From the IMG/VR virus record IMGVR_UViG_3300050821_019438: DNA of 64,000 nt; one strand, 5' to 3'. The translations under genes were made by a program, and so were the position numbers. The notes under the pieces were generated by a model. It did no database searches. It saw only the letters and a program-made list of their open reading frames with translations, and was not told the DNA's origin. Of the stretch, positions 26,512 to 35,988 are shown in pieces. Each line of letters opens with the position of its first letter. The first letter of the stretch is position 1. Source of the DNA: an uncultured virus (IMG/VR IMGVR_UViG_3300050821_019438) (lineage: Duplodnaviria; Heunggongvirae; Uroviricota; Caudoviricetes).

Positions 26512-28487
26512 CTGTCGTTTGCCCTTTCCATTTGTTTCTCCAACTCCGCCCACTCGACGAGCAGGGCATCAACCTTTGCCGTGTGTTCGGCGCGCTCCTT
26601 CAACATGGTCGGTAGTGAATCGGCCGACGCACCGGGGATGTAATGCTTCAACTTCTGTCGAAGCGCCTGCACCTTCTCCCAAAGCTGACCATAAGCACTC
26701 ACGAGCCCGCCCCCACGACGACAGCCACGAGAAACCAGAACACGCAGAGCGCGACGAGACACACGACGCCGACGATCTTGAGGGTCCGGTCGTTCACGCT
26801 CCCTCCAACTGCTGCTGTCGGAGTCGCGCGTTTTTCAACTGTCTCTCGAACTCGACAATCTCTTTGGCGAGCTCTTGAAGCTCCTCTCGTATATGGAAAG
26901 GGCACCTGTTGACCCGAAGTGCTGGCGAGCCACATATCACGTTCCCACCGTTCTCTGAGTCCGAGGTGAATCTCGCCGTACAATTCGTGGTAACGCGCCC
27001 CGCGCGCTCGTCGCGCTTGAATCGTGCGCAGTCCTGAGAGCACGCGACACCATCGGGACCGCTGCCGTCGCCGTCCACCCAGATAGACGTCCATCTCTTT
27101 GGCGGAATCGGACGCGTCGACGTGACTTGCTTGCCACACGCCTCACAGGTGAAGACAGCGCTCATGGTGCCTCCGGCAAATATCCGTCTCGAATCATTCG
27201 CGCTGTGTGTTCGTGTCGACCCGTCTTGGTCGCAAGCTCACGCAACTGTTCCGAAACGTCTATGCGTAACAGCGCATGATCAGCTCCATGCTGCCAATGC
27301 CAATCCCGACGGCGACGCAGGATCTTTTTGCAGTCCGCGATAAGCCGCGTCGCGCGACGCTTCCATGTGCGGTACTTCACGTTGCTTCCTTCTTTTTCAC
27401 GTCCGCCGGCAGGTACTTCATCGTGTGGCTCACCGCCGCGCGCCAATCACCAGGGGCCACCTCGGTGAGCCGCGTGACCCAGAGCTCTTTCTCGAAGATC
27501 TCCGAGATGCGCAGCGGCACGCCGTCCCAGAACTTGGAGGTGAGCACGTCGCCCTTCTTGAAGCCGAGCCGAACACAGGCTTGCACCGCGGTCTCGAGGG
27601 GTGTGGAGGAGGTTTTCATTCCTCGAACCTCTCCATGTCGACGCGGTACCAGCCAAACACTCCCGGCGATCCAATCTTCATACTAAAACGCCAGATTCCG
27701 CCGTCCTCGTCGAGGGCCAATCTCGTCTCATCAGGTTCCGTCATGATCTGCACGAACGGCGCAGGACCCTCCTTCTCCTCAATCCCGTTGCTCAGCGCCT
27801 TCACGATGAGGTCGCGGCAGTCTTCGCATAGAACGAGACTTCCCTCCTGCACGCCATTCAGTGCGGCGTGGGTCACGTCCACGAAGACGAAGTTGTCGAT
27901 AGGACGTCCACACCAGGTCTCGCGCTCTTTGCCTTGGCACGAGATGAGTGCGCACGCGATGTGCTCGGAACGATCACTCATCTCGGCTCCTTCGGAGCAC
28001 TGAGCGCGTCTTTGATGGCACCGTCCGTAATTGCCAGACACTTCAAACAGACCGGTGGCTCCACATCCCTGCCGTCGATCCCGGCTGCGACACCGTGAAC
28101 AAAGGCGAGTGTCACAGCCGAACGCGCTTTGACCTCAGGAGCGAGTCCGTTGTCGAGCAACAGCTGGTCCACGATACCACAGAGCACGCAGGCGCTCATT
28201 TCTTCTCCCCGAGCGACACGAGCGCCGTCTCGAGCCCCTCGCGAAAGGCTTCCTGCTGCTGCGCCCAGGCGAGGCTCCGCGATGCCTCGACGTACTGCGA
28301 GTGCTTGATGTTCCACCGGAGCATGGAACGTTGATTCTGCTCTCGCTTCCGAGCCTCTACGATGAGCCTCCGGATGATCTTCAACGCGTCCTTGTAGACG
28401 CGCTTGGCTTCCTCCGGCTTGGCCAGCTTTTTCATGACGACACCCTTTCCTCGCCCGCCCTCGACGGCGTTTTCTGCGAGTTTTCCT

Positions 28488-28516
28488 GTTGTACACGTCC
28501 GTATTACGAACGGCAA
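28488..28516 (-). promoter_or_regulatory. Possible sigma70-type promoter
   Basis: TTGCCG-17 nt-TACAAC in the gap upstream of the small-gene run. Confidence 0.35.
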
Positions 28517-28525
28517 GTAAAATGA

Positions 28526-29011
28526 CTAGAGGCCCCCTCGGAACGCGTGAAGGCCCACGCCGATCGCATCGAGCACATTGTGCATTTGCTTCGCGGTCAC
28601 GACCTTCTCGCACTCACGCAGGACCGCCAGCTCCTCTGGAAAAAGAAGACTTCGCACCCGAAGTGCGCAAACAGGCTTCGGCATGTTCCCCTTCCAGGTG
28701 TGCGGCCAGACCGTCTGCACGTCGAGGTCAACGCCCGCGGTAGCAGCGTACCGGCCTGCCTGGAACGCCAGCGTGACCAAGTCGTTATAGGGGACCGGAG
28801 AGTTGGGGTACGCCTGAGGAAGCTCGATGACGAGACGTCGCACGCCCTCGAACGGCGGTTCACCGGTACCGCACGCAATGAGCTGACCTCGAATCACTCC
28901 GCTCCAAAGCGCCCACCCTGTATGGATCCCGGGGTCGATGCTCAAGTCAAACCCGTTCCCGAGCGGCACATGCGAACCCTTGCGCGGCGCGAAGGGCTTG
29001 ACGGTCTTCAT
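28526..29011 (-). CDS. RuvC-like Holliday junction resolvase
   Basis: SIDPGIHTGWA, VIELP, WKG, HNVLDAIGVG. Confidence 0.8.
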   Translation of the reverse strand: MKTVKPFAPRKGSHVPLGNGFDLSIDPGIHTGWALWSGVIRGQLIACGTGEPPFEGVRRLVIELPQAYPNSPVPYNDLVTLAFQAGRYAATAGVDLDVQTVWPHTWKGNMPKPVCALRVRSLLFPEELAVLRECEKVVTAKQMHNVLDAIGVGLHAFRGGL

Positions 29012-29267
29012 GCCCACCTCGCGCGCTGACGGGCTCTCGCCCGTTGATGTACTTCTTCGGTGACCTTTGCTTGCTCCTCTTCGGGTGCGTCGATGCAGAG
29101 CGCCGAAAAGCAATACCCCTCCTGGTCAAAATCCTCGTTGAGCGTTGCCTTCGCCTTCGCCTCCTCTTCGTCTCCTCTATAGGGAGAAAGGCGTCCATTG
29201 CCGTGCTCCTCTTGAAGCCAGCCGACGCTGAACTCGCCGTCCGAGAACCAGACGCCCCAGCGGTCGC

Positions 29268-31370
29268 TCATGCCGCCTCCGGAATCATCTGCCGTCCCTT
29301 GTCGTCGTACAGGTAGACCATTCCCTTCTTCCAATCCTTCATGATCTCCGGCGACCACGGAATCAGCCGCTTGTTCGAATCAAAGATAGCCTTTGCTTTC
29401 TTCGACCAACAGCGTGCCAAGAGCGGCTCGGCTTTCGCCGGCACGTCTGGTAGAAACAGGTTCGCGCCAGCGATCATGATGCGACTGAGCTCGACGGCCT
29501 TATCGTGCGCGTACTCGTCGTCGTCAACCTCGGCGAACACTTCGTCATGGACGAAGTTGACTGGCCGGCTGCCGAACATGACGCTTTGCGGTTCCGCATA
29601 GCAAGCACGTGATACTAGGTAGTTGGCCCACTTCGCAGCGTCTGCCGCGAGCGACTGAAAAAATCCGTTGCATAAGGCTGTGTAATGGGTCCCCCCTCTC
29701 CAACGATTGGAGAAGAGTGTCTGCATTGCACCAAGCCCCGTGTCTTGATTGATGAGGTTGCCTACGTACTGGAAAAAGAGCCTCATCTCCGGCCAGCGCG
29801 CCAACCATGCCACCTTGAGTGCTTTTGCCCGCTCCTCCGTCAGCGTGACGTTGTAGGACTTGCGCGCGTACAGCACGAGGGACTCGGCACCCAATCCGCC
29901 GGGGAATCCGAAGTTCGCGACCTTCGCCGTCTGCCTTCGATCGTCGAAGATCGGTTCGTTAGCCTTCTTGCGCTGGACTCCTTCCTCGTACGAAATGCCG
30001 AGAATGCTACACGCGAAGTCCGTGTGCGGGTCGATGCCGGCGTTGAGCGCGTCCCCCAGCGCTGAAAATCCGAAGAGCGAAATGCACACCTGCGCGAGCG
30101 TGCACAGCTCCATCGCCGAGAAGTCTGCCTGCGCGAAGACCTTGCCCTGACGAGGGACGAAGCACTCGCGTACGTCCGGGAGTCGATACTTCATCACGCC
30201 GTTGCGCCAGATCTCGTTCTTGCGCTTCGGGTTCTGAACGTTGGGCTTGCTCGATGTCGACCGGCCCGACGCCGCCAAGCCGTACGACGTGTGCACTGGG
30301 AACACGGTCCCTGATTGCAGCGCCGGGATGTCTTTTGACAACATCGCCTTGAGCGACGTGAGCTCGGCGTAGTCCTCGAGAATGTGATCCTCGGTCGCCT
30401 CGCAGGCGTCCGAGTCGAGACACACCCCGCCCTTGTCCGTGAGTCGGACGATCATCCCCTTCTGCGCGCACACGGAAATCATGCGGGCCTTCGCGACCTT
30501 CGTGTCGCGGGTCCCGGCTTTCTTCCCCTTCGAGCGCACGAGCCCAACATCCTTGAGTCCGTCCTCGATGTTCGCGAGCGCTTCGATGGTCTCCTTCTCG
30601 AGCTTGTCCACGCTCGCGCCGTGCGTGCGCAACCCCCACGTGTGCTCCAGGTGCAAAGCCCACGCGCCCATCGCCTGATGAAACTGGTTCGGGATGAACT
30701 GCGCGTGCACTTCCTGGCTCAGGAAAACGTCTAGTGTCGCGCGAGCGTCTTCAAGTGGATAGAGCCGCGCACCCTCGGGCCACCGCTCGATAGGCACGTT
30801 CAGGAACTCGCCGTAGCGCAGGCGCCAAATGTCTTTCTCGAGTCGTCGCCCAGTGTGTCTGTAGCAGAGGTCTTCGAGGTCGTATTTGTGAGGAATCCAC
30901 CGCGCCGCCTTGACCTTCCTCTTCAGCGTGATCTGCTCAACGTGACCGATCTCTCCTCGCTGAAACGAAAGCTGTTGCGCAGCCACAGCCGCCGCGAGCT
31001 CGTCCGGGGTGAGCTCGATGTCTTTGTGATACTCGTGGAACCGGCCGCGGAACTCACCTCCCGCGATGTCCAGGAGCTGCTGGCGGATCTTCGTGCACGT
31101 AATCTGTCCCCGGTCGTACTTCCTGAAGATGAGAGGTACGAGATGAGGCCGCCACGCAGCGACCACGGCCAAGTCATAACAAACGTGCTGGCCAACCAGG
31201 AGCGCGTCACTCTCGAGCCACGACGTGACGAGCGGCAGCGTTCGAGGATCGTTCGCGTGAATGAGCTGCGGGCCCTCGCCTGGACGTTGGTGCGAAATAC
31301 ACACCATCTCGGGCGCCATGACGCCCGGTCTGAAGAGACACGTCTCGGTATCGAAGACCTGTACGCTCAC
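29268..31370 (-). CDS. polA: Family A DNA polymerase with 3'-5' exonuclease
   Basis: GTG at 31370; Exo FDTET, HVCYD, YPLED; motif A ADFSAMEL; motif B RQTAKVANFG; motif C FVHDE. Confidence 0.93.
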   Translation of the reverse strand: MSVQVFDTETCLFRPGVMAPEMVCISHQRPGEGPQLIHANDPRTLPLVTSWLESDALLVGQHVCYDLAVVAAWRPHLVPLIFRKYDRGQITCTKIRQQLLDIAGGEFRGRFHEYHKDIELTPDELAAAVAAQQLSFQRGEIGHVEQITLKRKVKAARWIPHKYDLEDLCYRHTGRRLEKDIWRLRYGEFLNVPIERWPEGARLYPLEDARATLDVFLSQEVHAQFIPNQFHQAMGAWALHLEHTWGLRTHGASVDKLEKETIEALANIEDGLKDVGLVRSKGKKAGTRDTKVAKARMISVCAQKGMIVRLTDKGGVCLDSDACEATEDHILEDYAELTSLKAMLSKDIPALQSGTVFPVHTSYGLAASGRSTSSKPNVQNPKRKNEIWRNGVMKYRLPDVRECFVPRQGKVFAQADFSAMELCTLAQVCISLFGFSALGDALNAGIDPHTDFACSILGISYEEGVQRKKANEPIFDDRRQTAKVANFGFPGGLGAESLVLYARKSYNVTLTEERAKALKVAWLARWPEMRLFFQYVGNLINQDTGLGAMQTLFSNRWRGGTHYTALCNGFFQSLAADAAKWANYLVSRACYAEPQSVMFGSRPVNFVHDEVFAEVDDDEYAHDKAVELSRIMIAGANLFLPDVPAKAEPLLARCWSKKAKAIFDSNKRLIPWSPEIMKDWKKGMVYLYDDKGRQMIPEAA

Positions 31371-31906
31371 TGCCAGCTCGCTCCGCGAATCCTTGCAATG
31401 AACTCCCGCCACGGAATCGTGGGCCCGCTTGCACCCGATTCGCGCTCCCAGAAGCCCCAGTCGCTCGTCTTGGGCCCGGCGATGAAGAACGACCAGGAGT
31501 CGTCCTCCAAGAGGTCGACACGGTGAAAGTGGTCGGCGTTGATCTTCACCCAGTCACCCGGACGAATCGTCCGGCGCACCACCGTCTCCCGGTCCGGCTC
31601 GCGCCGCTCTTCCGAGTACCCTCCGGCGAGAATCAGCGACCGCGCCCACTCCCACGGATGGTTGTGCAGCGCGTTGTCGTCGTCGCTGCGATGGAACTTG
31701 TGCAGGTAGATCGCAAACCCGAGCGTCTTCGGGAAGATGGCTTCCGGCTTCGGATTGCCGAACCGGTCAATCGGTTCGCTGCCGTCGGCCATGTAGGGCC
31801 GCCCGATAATGTAATAGCGCGAGAGATAGGGTGACTTCCCCTCTCGGTCGTAGATGACCCGCGGCGACGACATGTGTGAAACCAACCAACGAAGAAACGA
31901 ACGCAT
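31367..31906 (-). CDS. Cupin-like conserved phage protein
   Basis: LHKFHRSDDDNALHNHPW...ILAGGYSE...FHRV...WGFW. Confidence 0.7.
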   Translation of the reverse strand: MRSFLRWLVSHMSSPRVIYDREGKSPYLSRYYIIGRPYMADGSEPIDRFGNPKPEAIFPKTLGFAIYLHKFHRSDDDNALHNHPWEWARSLILAGGYSEERREPDRETVVRRTIRPGDWVKINADHFHRVDLLEDDSWSFFIAGPKTSDWGFWERESGASGPTIPWREFIARIRGASWQ

Positions 31907-32012
31907 TGAGAACCTCCCATCCGTCGAGTGCTGCCCACTCAAACCCTCACGGGCGGGCTCCAATGAGCAGCACACGACGGGCGAGCCGAAGCTCGCCAAT
32001 CGCTTTCTACGC

Positions 32013-32873
32013 TCAGCCCGCCGCAGGCGGAGCTGCCGGTCGACCTTGACCCTGATCGATGATTCTCCCGAAGTTGTGCCGGGAGAAGTCGGTGCCTTCC
32101 GGAACACCAGGCTTCGGCTTGGTCTTGATCGTGATGACCTCGAGCGGCAGGAGGAAGTTGTTGATGGTTCCCTGCTGCACGCACGAGCTCAAGAAGCCCT
32201 CGACGTCTCGGATGAAGGTCGGATCCTTGGGATCCACTCCGAGAATCTGAGCGGCAAAGCCCTTGAGCGAGCCCCAGCCGATCGCCTTGTCCTGGAGGCT
32301 CTGAAACCACGACGCCGTCTCGCCGACTTGGTTCGGCAGCGCCTTGTTGAGCTCCACGAGGTTGTACTGCTGGCCGTTGTACGCCCTCACGGCGGTGTCG
32401 AACGCGCTCATGTAATTGGACTTCTCGACGACGAACTCGAGAATGAACGCGTCGTAGCCCTTGCGGACCGTCTTCAGGATCGCCTTCTTGACGCGGACCT
32501 CGTAGAGGCCGTGCTTCATGTAGGCGCCGCGCTCGGAGACCTCCGCGTTGGCGAGGCCCGCGAAGAGGTTCGTCTGTCCCGGTCCCGGAGGCATCATGCC
32601 CGGGATCGACATCCCAGGCAGTCCCGGCGGCAGTCCAGGCGGCAACCCGGGCGGCGCGTAGGGGTACTGAGGCTGCGCGTATTGCGAAGCCGGCTGAGGC
32701 GGCGGTTGGTACTGCTGCTGCGGCGGCGGTTGGTACTGCTGCTGCGGCGGCGGTTGGTACTGCTGCTGCGGCGGCTGATGCTGCGGCGGCGGTTGGTACT
32801 GCTGCGGTGGCTGATACTGCGGAGGCTGCCCGCCATACGGCGGGGGCTGCGGAGGTTGTCCAAAATTGCTCAT
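32013..32873 (-). CDS. Putative ssDNA-binding protein with Pro/Gln/Tyr-rich N-terminus
   Basis: Probable start MSNFGQ after AAAGGA (frame open to 33062); position between helicase and PolA; beta-rich core; QQQYQPPP repeats. Confidence 0.55.
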   Translation of the reverse strand: MSNFGQPPQPPPYGGQPPQYQPPQQYQPPPQHQPPQQQYQPPPQQQYQPPPQQQYQPPPQPASQYAQPQYPYAPPGLPPGLPPGLPGMSIPGMMPPGPGQTNLFAGLANAEVSERGAYMKHGLYEVRVKKAILKTVRKGYDAFILEFVVEKSNYMSAFDTAVRAYNGQQYNLVELNKALPNQVGETASWFQSLQDKAIGWGSLKGFAAQILGVDPKDPTFIRDVEGFLSSCVQQGTINNFLLPLEVITIKTKPKPGVPEGTDFSRHNFGRIIDQGQGRPAAPPAAG

Positions 32874-33052
32874 GTTCCAGTTCCTTTGGCAGTTTGATTT
32901 TTGGTTTGAAGCTAAGTCGAATTTCGCTACTTCTAAAGCAATCAGACGCCCTTTGTCCGGGCAAAGTCCTCGACACACCTGACACTTCTCTTCGTCATCG
33001 TTGTTCGCGATAGCGCAGTTGTTGATGGTCCCGTCTGGGTTCCGTGGAAGAC

Positions 33053-34807
33053 TCACGCCCATAGCGGCCCCTGCTTGTCAGCAATCGAATAAGGGAAGGT
33101 GATCGTCGCGAGCAGGAGCTTTTGATCGTGACCGAGCGTGTCGGCCGCAGCTCGCGCGCCGTCGAGTGCGCGGTTGAACGACTCGAAGTGATCCATGCAC
33201 CCGAGCAGGATATCGACCGTGACCTCGTCCTCTTCCTGTCCGTCGCGGTGCGTGCGCCCGATGGTTTGCTCCAGCGTGGACGAGCCCGGCGGACACGACG
33301 TGATGAGGTTCTTCGAGAACATCTGGAGGTTCTTGCCCGTCGAGTTTGCTGCAATCGACGCGATGATGGCGCGGCCCGGCTTGACGAGCACGATGTTCTC
33401 GCCCTTCTCGTTCACGCCGTCGGCGCCGAAGTACGAGCACCCCGTCATCTCGGCGAGCCGCTTGGCAAAGAACGTATGCTCGGTCCAAACGATACCCTTC
33501 TCGCTCTCCATCCACTTCGCGGTAGCGATGAGCGCCGAGTCGTCGTGCCAGACCGGCTTCGGCTGAATCTTGAAGATGTCTTTGACCGCGCGCCAGTTCG
33601 CTAGCAGTCCACCATCGTCTAGCTTTTTTGGCTTCCACCAACCGTTCATCCCCTCGATGGCTTGCCCGTCCACGGCGTGCACGACTTGAAGCTCGGTGTC
33701 GAGCGTTCGCGAGTGCGAAAGAATCTCCCGGACCCACGACGCCCACGCTTTCCGTGCTGCGAGCCAGTGCGGAGGCGGGCGCGGGTCCCAGACGCCGTGA
33801 AAGCCCATGGCGAGCTCACGCATGTAACGACGCATTTGAAGCGCTTCGATGAAGGGCCAGCCGTCCGGCGTGGTCCACGTGCCCCGCAGATGCTGGACGT
33901 GCGCTTCCGTGAGCGCGGACGCCTTGTACTCGAGCGCGTTGATGACGAGGCTGCAATCGACGCCGTCGGTCTTCGACGACGCAACCACGCCGCGCGTTTC
34001 AAGCAGGCGCTCTTGAAAGACCTGCCGCGCCGCGGGCAGCGTCATCACGGCGCGCGGCGGCCAGGCGATGTTCTGAAGTGCACCGGGTCGGCGGCGTTGC
34101 AATGGGTTGATCTTCTCGTCGAGCGCTTCAGACCACGTCGCGGTTTCGTCGACGGTGGCCGGGATGGGCGCGTTCTCTTTGAGGGCCCAGCGCAGGAGCG
34201 GCGCGAAGTCGACGATCGATGCCTTCATGATCGTGCCCGACAGCGCGCAAAACATCGTCTTCGGGTGATCGTTCATATATCGCTTCACGCGCTTGGTCCG
34301 ACCCGCACGAGGGGACTTCAAGTAATGGCACTCGTCCGAGATGATGAGATCGGGCGCGATGTATTCGAGCGTTTGAATGCTTTGGACCAAGCCCAACATC
34401 TCGTACGAGAGAAGTTGCAAGTTCGTGGGAAGTCGCCAGTGCACGGCGAGCTCTTTGTAATCCTTCTTCGTCTTCTCGATGAGGCCCGCAGGAAGCAGGA
34501 GCACCGGGCGAATCGCCATGAGCACGAGCGCGAGCAAGAGCGTCTCGAGCGTCTTTCCAGCACCGACGCGCTGCGGCCCGAACATCCCCTTCATCAGCAT
34601 TGCCTCGTAGAGTCCGATGGCCTGTACCGAGCGCAGACTCATCGTCCCCTGCGGCGTCTTGAGCTCACGCGTCAGATCCGCCGCGAGGTCGAGACCCTCC
34701 TGTTCGGTCCACACGCGCCGAGGAAGTCGCGCAATGCGATCGATCTCGGGCGTGTGCACGACGACCTCTTTACCGAAGAGGGGGATGATGGGACCGGAGG
34801 AGTTCAT
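33053..34807 (-). CDS. SF2 (SNF2-like) helicase
   Basis: VGAGKT, DECH, SGT, GKNLQ, EQTIGRTHRDGQ. Confidence 0.9.
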   Translation of the reverse strand: MNSSGPIIPLFGKEVVVHTPEIDRIARLPRRVWTEQEGLDLAADLTRELKTPQGTMSLRSVQAIGLYEAMLMKGMFGPQRVGAGKTLETLLLALVLMAIRPVLLLPAGLIEKTKKDYKELAVHWRLPTNLQLLSYEMLGLVQSIQTLEYIAPDLIISDECHYLKSPRAGRTKRVKRYMNDHPKTMFCALSGTIMKASIVDFAPLLRWALKENAPIPATVDETATWSEALDEKINPLQRRRPGALQNIAWPPRAVMTLPAARQVFQERLLETRGVVASSKTDGVDCSLVINALEYKASALTEAHVQHLRGTWTTPDGWPFIEALQMRRYMRELAMGFHGVWDPRPPPHWLAARKAWASWVREILSHSRTLDTELQVVHAVDGQAIEGMNGWWKPKKLDDGGLLANWRAVKDIFKIQPKPVWHDDSALIATAKWMESEKGIVWTEHTFFAKRLAEMTGCSYFGADGVNEKGENIVLVKPGRAIIASIAANSTGKNLQMFSKNLITSCPPGSSTLEQTIGRTHRDGQEEDEVTVDILLGCMDHFESFNRALDGARAAADTLGHDQKLLLATITFPYSIADKQGPLWA

Positions 34808-34974
34808 GCTGTTTTGATTACGCTCCCGCTTCCATTACATGCGGTGCAAAGAACGCCTATCCCATCATCCGTAGGTAGTTGACCCTCTCCGCCGCACCCC
34901 AAACAGATTCCTTTGTCCCTCAACTCCTTTTGTACCTCCTCGAGACTTTTCGCTTTCTTGAGTTTGAGCTCCAT
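34804..34974 (-). CDS. Small Zn-finger protein
   Basis: MELKLKK...CLGCGGEG...CTACNGSG; coupled overlaps. Confidence 0.55.
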   Translation of the reverse strand: MELKLKKAKSLEEVQKELRDKGICLGCGGEGQLPTDDGIGVLCTACNGSGSVIKTA

Positions 34975-35801
34975 CACTGACCTCCCTGCTGCGCTACCCG
35001 ATTCGCCGCGATCCGCGCCGTGTTGTCGGCCATCCGCTTCATGTCGGCGGCCCGAGCCTGACTTGCGACGATGAACTTCTGATAGCGAGCTTCGTCGTCG
35101 TACATTGCGACGGTTCCGCTCACGCGTAGCCTCGCCTGCTCGACCCACTTCGCGTCGAGCTCGCTACCGACGAAGTTTCGCCCGAGCGCCAGGCACGCAA
35201 GCGCCGTCGTGCCGCTCCCCGTGCACGGATCGCAAACCCACTCGCCGGGCTCCGAAAACCACTCGACGAAGTCCAAGACCTGATCGAGTGGCTTCTGCGT
35301 CTTGTGCTTGCCATCGCCGCGCATGCAGGTGTGCGCCACATGCGTGACGTGCGTGAGGTTCCCGGGCCCGTTCCAGGATTTCTTCCCGCCCTGCGAGCCC
35401 CACGCTAGGAGGATCATCTCATGCCCCTGCGGCGGTCGGTCGCCGGAGAGCTGCGGCATCGACCACCGAATCCACGGCATGCTGCGGATGTATGTGGCAC
35501 CCGCGGCCTCGAGCCCGTCCTTCCACGCGCCGACGCTCTCGGCGTCGGTGTAGATGACGGACCACCGCTTCGTTCGCGCGGCGAGCATGCAGACGAAGTC
35601 GCGGAGCTGGTCGCCAAGCGAGACGAACCCGAGGTCCCGGTGCGCCGCACCCTTCCGTGCTTTGGAAGGACGGGCGCCGGGCGTGCCGCACGATGTCGCG
35701 GCAGCGTGGACATGCTCTCGGTAGGGAGGGTCGACGATCATCACGTCCGGCAGGACGTCGGCGAGCGTGATGAGAGAATCGCCGTGGCGAATGTCAATCA
35801 T
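34974..35801 (-). CDS. N6-adenine/N4-cytosine DNA methyltransferase (beta class)
   Basis: DPPY precedes HKTQKP and DPCTGSGTT. Confidence 0.88.
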   Translation of the reverse strand: MIDIRHGDSLITLADVLPDVMIVDPPYREHVHAAATSCGTPGARPSKARKGAAHRDLGFVSLGDQLRDFVCMLAARTKRWSVIYTDAESVGAWKDGLEAAGATYIRSMPWIRWSMPQLSGDRPPQGHEMILLAWGSQGGKKSWNGPGNLTHVTHVAHTCMRGDGKHKTQKPLDQVLDFVEWFSEPGEWVCDPCTGSGTTALACLALGRNFVGSELDAKWVEQARLRVSGTVAMYDDEARYQKFIVASQARAADMKRMADNTARIAANRVAQQGGQ

Positions 35802-35988
35802 GCTGCCTCCAAGAAAGAGGACAGCCGAATCAACACTTCGCCGACCTGGTCTCGCATTTCTTTGAAAAATGCGTAGTCCAGATGATCCAACCCGTGGCGG
35901 GGTTTGTCTTTATGAAACCATCTGCCACATTCACACGGACAAGCCTGCCAGCCCGTCTTCGAAAGAAGAGAGCCTTTTTGCTTGTCGG

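Larger units (their letters stand above)
24550..28436 (-). other. Run of about 14 small, translationally coupled hypothetical genes
   Basis: Successive 60-140 aa minus-strand ORFs with start/stop overlaps. Confidence 0.65.

Noticed and set aside
30895..31050. Roughly 45-aa insertion in the PolA exonuclease domain as an intein or intron
   Set aside because: No intein terminal residues (C/S...HN), too short, and the frame is continuous.
34974..35801. DNA methyltransferase as part of a restriction-modification system
   Set aside because: No cognate restriction enzyme beside it; orphan methyltransferases are common in phages.
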